Assembly (NCBI GenBank): GCA_009914755.4 | Contig: CP086569.2 | Location: 24,000,001 to 24,064,000, forward strand | Reading direction: 5' to 3' | Origin: the human T2T-CHM13v2.0 reference genome, Homo sapiens | Length of the DNA: 64,000 bases | In this document: in pieces, positions 25,681 to 38,297 of the stretch | Layout: the number at the start of each line of letters is the position of its first letter | Position numbering within the stretch: the first letter of the stretch is position 1 | The notes under the pieces: generated by a model | Database searches by the model: none | Seen by the model: the letters and a program-made list of their open reading frames with translations, nothing else | What the model was told of the DNA's origin: nothing | Position numbers and translations under genes: made by a program

Positions 25681-25991
25681 AACCGCTGCCAGGAGAGAAC
25701 CCGGGGCAGGAAATGGGTTCCGCAAGGAGGCCGTGGCCCTTGTAAGTGAACTGTGAGGCAGGGCGTCCTGGGGACCCACGCCATGCTTGCTGTCCCGCCA
25801 CTTCTGTGCCTGCCTCTCTGTATAGGCCGCGCTGCTGCCAGGCCGCCTCACCCCACCCTGCGGGCCACGGCTCCTAATGCATTCAGCGGGGTGGCCCCGA
25901 AACAGGAAAACCGAGGATAAGGCGGAGCCTGGTTTCACCCACCGGTGAAGACCCCACAGGCCTTGCCCCTCAGGTCTTTCCTTCAACTCAC

Positions 25992-25994
25992 CAT
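25992..25994 (-). CDS. DAZ: DAZ exon 1 coding portion (ATG only; 5'UTR extends to higher coordinates) of the left gene
   Basis: Minus strand reads ccaccATGgtgagt (Kozak consensus then a consensus 5' splice site) inside a CpG island. The next in-frame exon starts Ser-Ala-Ala-Asn. Confidence 0.75.
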
Positions 25995-28900
25995 GGTGGT
26001 GGCAGGCAGCAGCTCCCGACAGGCTCAAGGAGGAACAGAGGCAGTGTTTCACCCACCACTTCTGGGTCTGCTGGTGAAGTCCGCTGGAACACGCTGTGGG
26101 GCTTCGAGTGGTCAAAGGAGCCAAAGGCTAAGGTGTAAGGAAAACCAAGGGCGGGCGAACCCTCGGAGGTAGAACCGCCAGGCTGAGGAGCGCAGGCCGA
26201 CTGAGGCATGGACTGCGGGGCTCTGGGAGGTGGCTCCTGTGCCGGGTATCGGGGCGCGTGGTATCGGCCTGAGCCAATGGGTGGCAGCACACCCGCCCCC
26301 TGGAGGGTGGAGGCCTGCGGGGGATGACGGCCGTCCCCCACGCTGTGGGTGCGCAGAGTACGCAGGGTATGCCGTGCGTGTGTGCTGGCCAGTGCCTGGG
26401 TTCCAGGCAGGCACCGCCTCCAAAACACCCTTGAAATAAGTATGCATACTGAAATATATGGTATAGTTTTAAAAAATGATAATGTGTCTGGGCTGTAGTT
26501 TCAAAATGGCTTCCGGAATGCACAGGTTTAGCACAATCACTGTTAGCGTCACACCCACCCCAAAATCTTTTAAAGTACCTGCAGAAATAAATAGTAGCAA
26601 GTCTGTGGAAAACGGAGGGAGACATCAACAGGCCAGAAACTTGGACTCCTTTCTGTCAAGTTTGAGATATAAGGGGTTGGATGGGAGGGAACGCCAGTTT
26701 TGACATTCAGGATGTTCCTTCTTTCAAGAGATAGTTACTGAGTGCCTGTGATTACCAGGTACTGCAGATGCAGGAGTGAACAGAATAAAATAATATCTCT
26801 TTGCTCAGGGATTTTACATTTTAATGGAAGACTTCACCTTCTAGGACTTACAGAAAGACGCTAGGCCTGCCTAGAGACTTACAGAACATTCTCAAGATCA
26901 GAGCAAGGGCCTAGAGCGGGAGCAAGCTGTGGGGCAGGTGGTGGAGCCAATCACATAACTTTGGGGACCACTCCAGCACCTGGTTATGCACACAGGGCTA
27001 CGTGGCTATGACCTTTATCCTCAAACTTCACTTCTGTACTGACGGAAAGAATTAAAATGTGACTTTTTGAACTGGCAAAATGCTGGACTGCTATAACGTG
27101 AGACGTGTCTCACTACTGACATCTAGTAATGCGGGATAAAAAAAAATAACGTTTTGTTTCCAATAGGCAGATAAGCCCATAAAAAAAGAAGGGAAATTCC
27201 AAGAACCAAAAATCAACTGAAAACCAGAGCAATGAATTGTTCAAATGATTGTTCTCCTGCCCTGGATATGGGGGCTGGGTTGTAGGGCAGCCAGTCATAC
27301 TCGTTTGCCCAGGACTTACTGGTTTTAGCACTGAGAAATTCCTGCATCCCTAAGGAAACCAGAAGGATTGGTCCTCCTAGGTGTGGGCAAAATGTTACTC
27401 TCTCTAACTTGAGGTCTGGATGTTTAGGGGCAGGAGGTAAGGGCTCAAGGTGGGAGCTGGAACTGAGTACTCTGCAAAAAGCCATTGTCCCTAAAATCCT
27501 TAGGAAAAGGATGGAGTGGGGAAAATATAAATCACCCATGAACGAGCAGATGAGGAAGCTTGCCCCATCTCTGGATGAAGAAAATACGTATTTAACTCTC
27601 ATTATATTTTAAAACCCTAGACCTGCATTTCATCAAAGTTTGGGGTTTAAATCTGTGACATATTATTGGAATCTGCAAGCCAAGAAATGGGTCCTCCTAC
27701 ACCATCACCCTCTCTCCTGCCTAAAGAGATCCTAGACATGGGGCATCTAGAATGCCTGGCAGAAGCAAACATAAAGCCGACTTGGATGAATCCTTCTACA
27801 ACCTAGGCTGAAAGAAAATGATCCTTTAAGGACACGCTCACAGTAAAAATTTATACAACACTACTTATCTTGAATAAGAATGGCATACAAACAAGAAAGT
27901 TAAAACTTACAGAAGAAGCTTCTCAGTAGCAATAGAAACTAGAAGATAACAGTAATATGCTCACGTGTGTATGTGTTTTGTTTTGTGTTTTTTCTTTTTG
28001 TCACGTTATTTTTTTCCTCAACTTATTTGGAGTAATGCAGTCTATATTTTTAAGTGACTGTTTTACTATTTGAAAATGTAAACTTAAAATATAAAGCTAA
28101 TACATAGCTTTACTCTCCTCTTGAATAATACAAAGGCCTTTAGGATGTTTTAGCTTTGGACACCCTCCCCTCTCTCAGTTTATATGTTATTCACTATTTT
28201 AGCTCTATCCTGGTTTCACCATATAAATTAGACATCGTTTTTTTAGACCCATCCACATATGTAGTAACATTTTGCTTACCATTTCTTTGCATATCTCAGA
28301 TCTGCCTTCTGAATCATTTTCCTTACGCCTGTAGCAAATTCTTTATAATTTCCTTGTGTGACAGTGTGATGTGGTAAACTCTTGGGTTTTTTTCTACCTA
28401 AAATATTTTGATTTTTCCCTGTTGTTTCATAATTATACTGAATATATAATTCTAGGTTTAAAAGTATTTTCCCTCTCAGAATATTGAGCATATTACTCTG
28501 TTATCTTCTAGTTTCTATTGCAACTGAGAAATCTGCTGTCAGTCTTTTTGCTGTGTAAGATCAGTTTTTCTTTGGTGTTCTGAACTTTCACAATGATGTA
28601 AGTAGGTGTGGAGTTTTTAAAAATTTTGCCTGCTTAGGAGTTTTAACACTTTCTGGATTTGTGTATTAGTTCTTAACAGTTCTGAACAGTTTCACCCATT
28701 TTCTTGTTAAAGGTTAGCTGGTCAAGGGATCAAACATTATTTGTATTTTATATTTCATAAGTGATTCTTAGAATTTTCTTTAGATCATGAATTTTTTAAA
28801 GGCTGGTGCTGTTTTCTTGAAATCTTATGAAATCTCTTAAAAAATTTTTAGGATCAAAACTGATTGTATCCATTTCAATGTGTTAAGTAAGATTAGTGGC

Positions 28901-29502
28901 ATAATTCGTATCAGCTCAGAAATAGATCTCTATATTTCTTCCTATATGCTGGGGGAGAAGAAAAAATGCTGGTGTCTTTGAACACCTCTGCCAGTTCTTC
29001 TGTGCTCCTAAAGCCTACGGCTTTGGAAAGAAGGCTACGTTTGTATAGGCACACTTGAATTTCAATCACTTGCAAATCATTTTCAAGATTTTTGTTTTAT
29101 CTGCCCTGAGCGTCTATTATTATTTACCTGTTTTTAAAATTAACTTATTGTCCTAAACAATAACATTTGCAAGATCAGATGTACTGTTTTAGCTACATTT
29201 TAAACGGTGACATTAAAATAAATACAGAAAGATTCAAATTTAAAACACTGTTTGTTTATGCGTCACTTCATACCACATTCTGCCAGGTCAACAGGTAACA
29301 TGGTTTTGGGAAACACTGGACTAGCAGAACTCCATAGAGCTTTAGATATGCAAAGTTAGGCCCAAGGGACTAAAGAGTAGAGTTTCAAATTGTTCTGCCT
29401 AATAAATGAGAATAATCAAATTACAAGGGGAGAAACCAAGCAAGGGGTTGGGGGGAGAAGTGGAAGTCCTGGAAGCTGGAGAAAAGAAGTAACCTTGCAG
29501 GT

Positions 29503-29800
29503 TGGCTTATTTGCTCACACCTGTAATTCTCACACTTTGGGAGGCTGAGCCCGATGGATCGCCCAAGTTCAGGTGTTTGAGACCAGTCTGGGGAACATGG
29601 GAAAACCCTGTCTCTACCAAAAATACCAAAAATTAGCTGGGTGTGGCAGTGTGCAGCTGTGGTCCCTGCTCCTCAGGAGGCTGAGGTGGGAGGATCATTT
29701 GAGTCTGGGAGGTGGCGGTTGCAGTGAGCCAAGATTGCCCCCACTGCATTCCAGCCTGGGTGACACAGTGAGACTCCTTCTCAGAAAAATGAAATTAACC
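29503..29800 (+). mobile_element. Older Alu (S/J-type) in the inter-promoter region
   Basis: ggcttatttgctcacacctgtaattctcacactttgggaggctgag...gcagtgagccaagattgcccccactgcattccagcctgggtgacacagtgagactcc. Confidence 0.85.
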
Positions 29801-31879
29801 TTGCAAAGAGACAAGAAGTTGGAGCCTGCAGTGAAAGATGTCTGAGTATATTAGAAACTTTTTTTTATATATGTTTTAAATAATTTATATTTTTTAAATA
29901 TAATTTTAAAAATTATATTTATTGTTTAAATAAATTTAACTATTTTTTAAACAAATTTAAAAAATTTGTATGTCCGTGCCTCACCCCAAACCAACTAAAT
30001 CAGCTGAGGGCAGGGCTCAGAAGTCAATATTTTTTTTAAGGAAATGTTTGTCTTGTTACTCCAATATGGGGCCAAATTTGAAAATTGGTGCTATTGGTGC
30101 TATGGAGGCTTGCTACTCAGTGTATGTAATCCTCAGATCAGCAACTTCACATCACGCGGGTGCTGTAAAATCTCAGGTCCCATGCCAAACCTACTGAATC
30201 AGAGTCTGCATTTTAACAAGATCTCCAAATGGCTCATGTGCACACTGACTGACGGTCAAGAAACATTGCCATCGAGAGCGCTTGTCATAAACAAGTTGCA
30301 CCCCCCCTGGATCTGAGAATGCTTCACCTTATAAATAAATAGTCTACTTTCTCAGCCTTTCTTGCAGCTACATCTTGGGCAGGTAACCTACACAACAGCA
30401 GTGAGATGCACCCATCCCAAATTTTGAAGAGGGGACTGCTGATGCTGTAAAGAAGGGACTGCAGAGAATTCTTTCTGGAGAAGAGTATCAACAGCAGCAG
30501 CGGCAGCCATGGTATCGGTTAGAGCTGCGGTGGCCACTACTGTCAGTTGTGCAAGCCACGATGTAACTCAGTGCCCAGTGGTGACAGCTGAGGTTTCTTC
30601 ACTGGACAAGTTCTGCGGCACGGTTTTGTGTGTCATTCCTGGAGACAACCTGGCTCTTTGGTTCATTTTGAGATTCTGTGGGCTAGTTATCCAATAAATT
30701 TTAATAAGTTGTTCTCCTGTTTAAACCAGCCAAAACTTCTGTGACTATTGCTTGCAACGAAGCATCTTGACTACATTAGGTGATGAGTGAGGTTAGCCAG
30801 ACTGCTTTTAAAAAGAAGGTTAACAGCTAAAAGATTTATGACTCTTTACTGTGATTATGTAGCATACTGTCCTGCTATAGTGTCCAACCTTTACCAAGCT
30901 TCCAGTACACACACAAATGCCTTATGTCAGCGGTATTTTGTGAGGAGTGTCAAGGACACTGTCCGTTGCAACATGGGTCAGGGACAGCATGCTGATCCAC
31001 AGCAAGATGATATGTAGATGAAATAATTCAGTAGGAACAGTAGCTTACAGCCAAAAGTGACCTGGAAAAGCAAAAATCATGAGCTCAGTATGCCCAGCAA
31101 GATAGAAAGAAATATGTGCTATTCCCATTGCATGTTAGCAGATGTTTAAACCAATTCCATTTAAATCTCAGGGTATGGTGCCTCATCTTCTGTTGGACCT
31201 GTATTCGTGTGGTCCAGCATAGCAACACACATCTCGTGTACACTTGTGCATACTTACAGATATGTCTATCAACTGAGCAACATTGGCTTAAGCCCTGCCT
31301 GTTCACCTTTAATCCTACTACCTGCAATAATAGTTTATTCAGTCAAAACTTAAATCTCCTAAGCAGATTGTCTGAATTTTGGGATTGGTCTGAAGCAAAC
31401 GTGCATAATCTTCATGATGGCCTCTTGATTCTAAATATTAAATATTTAACTGAAAAATTATCAGTTTGTTAAAAGTAATAATATTGACACAAGGCACTGA
31501 TACTGATACGGTGCATACTATGTACCAGGCATTATTGTAATCATTTTACTTCTAGTTCATCTAATCCTCATAACAATACTAGGTGCTATTATTATCTCAA
31601 TTTTATGGAGAAGGAAGTAGAGGTACACAGAGGTTGGATAACTTGCCTGAGATCATAGTTGGTAGGCATCAGAGCTGTGATTTAAACCCAGTCAGACTTT
31701 AACATCTGAGTTCTCAACCAGTATGCTATATTAGCAAACTACATGGAGGAAGAAAGGGGTAATATAGTGGGACAAATTTATGTATTAAATGTCTTGTTCC
31801 CATGAGAGTAGCTAAACAAAGAAGCAAAACCACAAATCTAAGCCCTAAACAACACTATGGTCTGAATGTTTGCCCCCAC

Positions 31880-32700
31880 TCAACCTCTCACCTGTACATA
31901 TGTTGAAACTCTAGTCCCTGGGGTGATGGTATCAGGAAGCGGAGCCTTTGGGAGATGAATTAGGTCCTAAGGGCAGAGCGTTCGTGAATGAATGATGGTA
32001 TTAGGAAGTGGAGCCTTTGGGAGACGAATTATGTCATGAGGCCAGAGCTTTGGTGAATGGGATTGATGCCCTTGTAAAAGAGGACTCGGGGAGCTTAGTT
32101 ACTCCTCCTACCATGTAAGAATACAGCAAGAAGTTGGCAGTCTGCACCCCAGAAAAGTGTCCTCACCAGAACCTCACCGTGCTGACACCCTGGTCTTGGA
32201 CTTGCCAGTCTCCAAAACTGTGAGATACAAATTTCTGTTGTTTATAAGCCATCCAGGTTCAGGTATTGTTATTATAAGAGCCTGAACAGATTAAGAAAGG
32301 TAGTACTGGGAGAGGGGTGCTGCTATAATAAATGCCTAAAACTATGGAATCAGTTTTGTAAATGGGTAATGGGTAGAGGCTGGAAGAGTTTTGACATGTA
32401 TCCTAGAAAAATCCTACACTGCTGTGAACAGACCAGGCCATAAAGGGTGATTCTGATGAGGGTTCAGAAGGAGAAAAGGAGAGCTGTAGAGAAAACTTGA
32501 CTCTTCTTAGAGAGTACCTAAGTAGTTGTGAAGAGACTTAGTAGAAATATAGACAGTAAAGACCATTCTGACGTGAGGAACATGTTATTGGAGACTAGAG
32601 GAAAGACAATCCTTGTTACAAAGTAGCAACAAACTTGGATAAATCATGTTCATGTACTATTGTTTTGTGGAGTATTGCTTTTACTATAGCAGCCTGAACA
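31880..32700 (+). mobile_element. Second MaLR-like LTR element fragment (LTR plus start of internal region) in the left arm; mirrored at about 40230..41050
   Basis: atgttgaaactctagtccctggggtgatggtatcaggaagcggagcctttgggagatgaattaggtcctaagggcagagc...ccaaaactgtgagatacaaatttctgttgtttataagccatccaggttcaggtattgttattataagagcctgaacagattaag is a common MaLR/ERVL-type LTR motif. It contains a ~68-bp internal tandem duplication at 31925..32060. Confidence 0.5.
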
Positions 32701-33571
32701 GATAATACTTCTATCTACACTAATGAATTGCTCCAAAACAATTGGCCCTTGAGGAGCCTATCTGCTTAACAAAAGTAAAATTTCCACATTTCCTTCTGAA
32801 TTTTGCCTGTTAACAAATCTTTCAGTACTTTTTTCAAATGTTGGAATCAATCTCATCTCTACACCACTGACTGCCTACTCACACACATACTTCTCCCAGT
32901 TGCTTTGAAACTGCTTTTTCTGCATCAGGAGGCATCACTACTGAGCAAACTCTTGCAAATCACAAGTTGAACACTTGTGGAGAAAGCAGAGAGAAAAAGC
33001 TGGTATAACTCACTCTTCTTCCTTTCCTCATCCCTAATCATGCTAACCTTCATTTCCTTAGTTTTATTCTTTCTACATTCATTTTTTGTTTCTTATCCAT
33101 TTTTGACAATACGAGTAATAGATAATATGTGCCCCTTTCTTTAAAATACTAAAAACATTCAGGTAGGCTTAAGTTACCTTTTGACCACCAGCTCTACATC
33201 CCAGATCCATTCCCAGAGATGGGTAGTTTGGTGTAAATCCTTTCAGATGTTTTTCTAGATGTTTCCTTTTATACACTTATAGGGAACATTTGATATTTGA
33301 ACTTACAGAACATATTTACTAACATAAAATATGTGGCATTTTTATTATACTTGTAATAGAGAAATTATATTCATATAATAAGTACTATGTATATGTATAC
33401 ATATTGTAGAAAATGTATGCTTACACTATATATTTATACTTAGAGGGTATATAGAGGGAATATATATTATTTGGGGTATATGTTCTTGAACAAAAATGCT
33501 ATTAAAATGTATGTAACTTGATTTTTTTCCTCCAAGAACATGACTCAGAAATACCTACATTAACAGGTAGA

Positions 33572-33702
33572 TTTTTTTTCTTTTTTAGAAATGAGGTCTT
33601 GCTGTATTGCCCAGGCTGGCCTGGAACTCCTGGGTTCAAGTGATCCTCCCACCTCAGCCTATGAGTAGCTGGGACTATGGGGGTACACCATCACACCCAG
33701 TT
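33572..33702 (-). mobile_element. Alu-family monomer fragment (~130 bp, antisense)
   Basis: ttttttttcttttttagaaatgaggtcttgctgtattgcccaggctggcctggaactcctgggttcaagtgatcctcccacctcagcct...cacacccag. Confidence 0.75.
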
Positions 33703-34300
33703 ACTCAGAAATTTCTAATGTCAGCACATATATATATACTTAATTCCTTTTAACTTTGGCATAATTTTACATAATATGGATATGCCACCATTATTAGCCA
33801 TTCCCTGGTCAATGGACATTTAGGTCACTTGTGCTTTGTCGTAGTTATTAATAATATACAATGAACCTCTCTCATTGGAGCCAAATGAGTATTTATTTTT
33901 TCTGGGGGTGAACGCCAAGAGATATATCTGTCGGGTCATGGATATGCACATTTCAAATTTTAATAGATATCAGAAAATTGCCCTTTGAAGTGTTGTGCCA
34001 GTATGTACCAATTTACACTCCACCATTTGTGAGTTAGAGTCTTCATTTGTCTATTCACTTTCCAATATTGATATCACTGCTCTTTAATTTGCCAACCTGA
34101 TGGTCAAGAAGTGGCATCTCATTTTCATTTTACTTTGGTTTTCCCTGATTGCTCATGGAGTTAAACTTTTTTCTACTGTTTGTTGACTGTTTGGATTCCT
34201 CATTGCTGAGAGACCTGTTCATAGCCTCCGGTCATTTTTCATTTGAGTTGCTTGTCTTTATCATATTGTTTTGTGGTAATCTGGCTTCTTTCATTTTTTT

Positions 34301-34340
34301 GTTTGTTTGTTTGTTTGTTGTTTTGTTTTCTTTTGTTTTC
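34301..34340. repeat. (GTTT)n microsatellite; mirrored as (CAAA)n at about 38590..38634
   Basis: gtttgtttgtttgtttgttgttttgttttcttttgttttc. Confidence 0.8.
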
Positions 34341-34632
34341 AGGCAGAGTCTGGCTCTGTTGCCCAGACTGGTGTGCAGTGGCGCGATCTTGGCTCACTGC
34401 AACCTCTGCCTCCCAGGTTAAACTGATTCTCCTGCCTCAGCGTCCAGTGTAGCTGGGACTACAGGCACACACCACCACGCCTGGCTAATTTTTGTAGTTT
34501 TAGTACAGATGAGGCTTCACCATATTGGTCAGGCTGGTCTCGAACTCCTGACCTCAGGTGATCCACCCACCTCAGCCTCCCAAAGTGCTGGGATTACCGG
34601 CATGAGCCACCACACCCAGCCAGCTTCCTTCT
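34341..34632 (-). mobile_element. Antisense Alu preceded by a (GTTT)n microsatellite
   Basis: aggcagagtctggctctgttgcccagactggtgtgcagtggcgcgatcttggctcactgcaacc...gggattaccggcatgagccaccacacccagcc. Confidence 0.9.
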
Positions 34633-35589
34633 TTATCTTCCTCCTCAGTCCCTCAGGCAAAGGTGCAGCGGTATTGGTGCCTCTTTGAAGTTCCACTTCA
34701 GTGTGATGAACTACAGTTACATTTATTTTCAAGAATTTCTTTTCCTAAACTGGAGAAATTTAAGCCATGAATCAGAGAGAAAGGGAAATCTCTGGTGTAA
34801 ACATTAACCACTGAAACTTTCAATGTCTTTGAACCCGTCAACTCTGCTGGACCTCTTTCTAAAAAACAGATGAGAGTTGTTACTCAAGTCAGTTAGCCCT
34901 TTAGTACTTTCAAACATTTTTTTTTTAGGAGCTCAAGGAATTGCCAGAGAGAAGGAGAACTGTTAGCTCTGATTTCTAAAGAGCTTTCCTAAATATTGAT
35001 TGCATTTTTTAGGCAATGCGACAATCTCAAAGCACTTTGCTAAGGGCGACATTGTGTTGAGGTCTAACTGTTAAATTTCTCATCTTGCCCCGATTCCCTT
35101 AATTTACAATGAGAATATCTGTAGAGAAATGAGGTGAGACATCAGGTGAGTAAATACACATTAACAGGGGCAGCATTTACAGATTAGCAGGGAAGGTTCT
35201 GATGACAACTTGATTAATGCAAAACTAAATTAATCAATCTCTGATCACCACAAAAAGGAGCGGGTGAAATGTTTCTTTTTTCCTCATGAAGGATTTTTTT
35301 TTTTTCTGTGACTTACGTGGCATTGACTGAAAAAAAAAAAAGTCCACAATTTCAAAACCCTTTTGGCAAAAACTTTATGTACCTCTAGCTAGCATTTCAG
35401 CCTGCATTAGCAAGTACAAGGAACTGAAAGGACTAAAGAAGAGAATACAGTCAAAGGAAAATCATGGAATAAAGAAAAACCAGGCACAGAGATAATATAC
35501 ATAATTTTTAAAAAAAGGAAGGAAGTGGAGGGAAACCTTTTTTGTTATTTCCAATACCTAGTCAGTCAACAAGTTTTATTTTGTTTTGT

Positions 35590-35795
35590 TCCGTTTTTAA
35601 GAGACAGGTCTCGTTCTGTCAGCTAGGCTGGAGTACGGTGGTGTTGTCATAGCTCACTGCAGTCTCAAATTCCTGGGCTCAAGGGATCCTCCCACCTCAG
35701 CCTCCCAAGAAGCTAATACTATGGGTTCATGCCACCATGTCCAGTTAATTTTGTTTTCATTTTTGTATTTTTTGTAGAGATGGGGTCTGATATGG
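35590..35795 (-). mobile_element. Alu fragment (right monomer plus linker) inside the unique spacer, abutting an LTR
   Basis: gagacaggtctcgttctgtcagctaggctggagtacggtggtg...ccaccatgtccagttaattttgttttcatttttgtattttttgtagagatggggtc. Confidence 0.8.
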
Positions 35796-35796
35796 T

Positions 35797-36160
35797 TAGG
35801 CTTTGTGTCCTCACCCAAATCTCATCATGAATTGTAATCCCCATAATCCCGAAATGTCAAGGGAGACACCAGGTGGCGGTAATTGAATCGTAGGGACAGC
35901 TTCCCCCATACCGTTCTAATGATAATGAGTTCTCATGAGATCTGATGGTTTTATGAGGGTGTCTTCCCCCTTCCCTTGGCAGTTTTTCCTGCTACCTTGT
36001 GAATAAGGTGCCTTGCCTCCCCTTCACCTTCCACCATGATTGTAAGTTTCCTGAGGCCTCTCCAGGCATGCTGAACTGTGAGTCAATTAGACCATTTTTC
36101 CTTTGTAAATTACTCAGTCTTGGGCAGTTATTTATAGCAGTATGAAAATGGCCTAATACA
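35797..36160 (+). mobile_element. MaLR-type LTR (THE1/MST-like, ~364 bp) in the spacer
   Basis: Begins tgatatggttaggctttgtgtcctcacccaaatctcatcatgaattgtaatccccataatccc...gtaattgaatcgtagggacag and ends ...ttatagcagtatgaaaatggcctaataca. This matches my memory of the THE1/MST LTR consensus (TGATATGG...ACTAATACA). The family name is from recognition, not a search. Confidence 0.6.
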
Positions 36161-37500
36161 GTAAGTTGGTATGACTGAGAGTGGGGTGCTGCTATAAAGA
36201 TATCCAAGAATGTGGAAGCATCTTTGGAACGGGGTAACAGGCGGAGGTTGGAACAGTTTGGAGGGCTCAGAAGAAGACAAGAAAATGAGGGAAAATTTGG
36301 AACTTCCTAGAGACTTGTTGAATGTCTTTCACCAAAATGCTGATAATGATATAGACAATGAAGTCCAGGCTGATGTGGTCTCAGATGGAGATGAGGAACT
36401 TGTTGGGAAGCAGAATAAAGGTGACTATTGCTATAATTTAGCAAAGAGACTGGGAGCATTTTGCACCTACCCTAGAGATCTGTGGAACTTTGAGCTTGAA
36501 GGAGAAGATTTAGGGTATCTGGTGGAAGAAATTTCTCAGCAGCAATGTGTTCAAGAATTGACTTGGATGCTCCTAAAATCACTCAGTTTTATGCACTCAT
36601 AAAGAGATGGTTTGGAATTGGAACTTATGTTTAAAAGTGAAATGGAGTGTAAAAGTTTTGAAAATTTGTAACCTCATGATGTGACAGAAAAGAAAGAAAA
36701 ACCCATTTTCTGTTGAGAAATTTGAGCTGGCTTCAGAAATTTGCATAAGTAACAAGGAACCAAATGATAGTCACCAAGACAGTGGGGAAGATGTCTCCAG
36801 GGCATGCCAGAGAACTTCATAGCAGCCCCTCTTATTACAGACCTGGAGGCCTAGGGGGAAAAAATGGTTTCATGGGCTGGGCACAGGGCCTTGCTGCTTT
36901 GTGCAGTCTTGGGACTTGGTGCCATGCATCCCAGCCATGGGTAAAAGGGGATAACACAGAGCTCAGGCTATTGCTTCAGAGGCTGCAAGCCCCAAGCCTT
37001 GGCATCTCCCATGTGCTGTTGAGCCTGTGGGTGCACAGAAGCCAAGAAGTTAGGTTTAGGAACCTCTGCCTAGATTTCAGAGGATGCATGACAATGCCTG
37101 CATGTCTAGGGATCTGCCCCAGAATGGCACTGTGCTCCTGGAAAATACAAAATACATTCAATGCCAGCCTGTGAAAGCAGCCAGGAAGGGGGTTGTACTC
37201 TGCAAACCACAGGGGTGGAGCGCCTAAGGCCATGGGAACCCATCTCTTGTATCAGCATGATCTAGATATGAGACATGAAGTCAAAGGAGATCACTGCAGA
37301 GCTTAAGATTTGGCTGCCCTGAAGATTTCAGACTTTGCATGGGGTCTGCTGCACCTTCATTTTAGCCAATTTCACCCATTTGGAATGGGTGTATTTACTC
37401 AATGCCTGTACCCTCATTGTATCTAGGAAGTTACTAACTTACTTTTGATTTTACAGGCTCATACGTGAGACTTGCCTTGTCTCAGGTGAGACTTTGAACT
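36161..37500 (+). mobile_element. Probable MaLR internal region (non-coding) filling most of the spacer; the 130-aa ORF 36210..36602 lies inside it
   Basis: Directly follows the LTR with gtaagttggtatgactgagagtggggtgctgctataaagat..., which resembles the LTR/internal junction seen again at 32290 (gtagtactgggagaggggtgctgctataataaat). Confidence 0.45.
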
Positions 37501-38297
37501 TGGACTTTTGGGTGAAATGTTGGAACCTGGACCCAATGCTAGCTAGAGGTACATAAAGTTTTTGCCAAAAGGGTTTTGAAATTGTGGACTTTTTTTTTTT
37601 TCAGTCAATGCCACGTAAGTCACAGAAAAAAAAAAATCCTTCATGAGGAAAAAAGAAACATTTCACCCGCTCCTTTTTGTGGTGATCAGAGATTGATTAA
37701 TTTAGTTTTGCATTAATCAAGTTGTCATCAGAACCTTCCCTGCTAATCTGTAAATGCTGCCCCTGTTAATGTGTATTTACTCACCTGATGTCTCACCTCA
37801 TTTCTCTACAGATATTCTCATTGTAAATTAAGGGAATCGGGGCAAGATGAGAAATTTAACAGTTAGACCTCAACACAATGTCGCCCTTAGCAAAGTGCTT
37901 TGAGATTGTCGCATTGCCTAAAAAATGCAATCAATATTTAGGAAAGCTCTTTAGAAATCAGAGCTAACAGTTCTCCTTCTCTCTGGCAATTCCTTGAGCT
38001 CCTAAAAAAAAAATGTTTGAAAGTACTAAAGGGCTAACTGACTTGAGTAACAACTCTCATCTGTTTTTTAGAAAGAGGTCCAGCAGAGTTGACGGGTTCA
38101 AAGACATTGAAAGTTTCAGTGGTTAATGTTTACACCAGAGATTTCCCTTTCTCTCTGATTCATGGCTTAAATTTCTCCAGTTTAGGAAAAGAAATTCTTG
38201 AAAATAAATGTAACTGTAGTTCATCACACTGAAGTGGAACTTCAAAGAGGCACCAATACCGCTGCACCTTTGCCTGAGGGACTGAGGAGGAAGATAA

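Larger units (their letters stand above)
25205..26445 (-). promoter_or_regulatory. DAZ: CpG island spanning the promoter, exon 1 and start of intron 1 of the left DAZ gene
   Basis: Very high GC and CpG density (for example cgccgccgcagtagggagccgcc and gcgcgtgggagtggggg). The six-frame ORFs are artificially long here (247, 179 and 166 aa on both strands). It contains the exon 1 ATG at 25992. Confidence 0.8.
35398..37526. other. Unique non-palindromic spacer (~2.13 kb) at palindrome centre
   Basis: Arm identity breaks at left ~35397 (agctagcatt|tcagcctgc) and right ~37527 (ggacccaatgctagct). ORFs 35992..36207, 36210..36602, 36764..37174 and 36976..37233 have no mirrored partner. Confidence 0.85.

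Noticed and set aside
25217-26628. Long overlapping ORFs (up to 247 aa) on both strands at 25.2-26.6 kb and mirrored at 46.3-47.7 kb
   Set aside because: They lie in a GC-rich CpG island where stop codons are rare by composition. They overlap in several frames and on both strands, are Pro/Gly/Arg-rich low-complexity translations, and coincide with the DAZ promoter/exon 1/intron 1 region. No coding signal beyond chance.
30420-31480. Cluster of ORFs (62-118 aa) at 30.5-31.5 kb in the inter-promoter region, mirrored at 41.4-42.4 kb
   Set aside because: No splice-consistent structure and no recognisable protein similarity. They look like old interspersed-repeat or unique intergenic sequence. The mirrored copies are identical only because of the palindrome.
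36210-36602. 130-aa ORF in the unique spacer
   Set aside because: It sits in the internal region of a MaLR-type LTR element directly after its LTR. It has no mirrored copy and no recognisable domain. Most likely a chance ORF in repeat-derived DNA.
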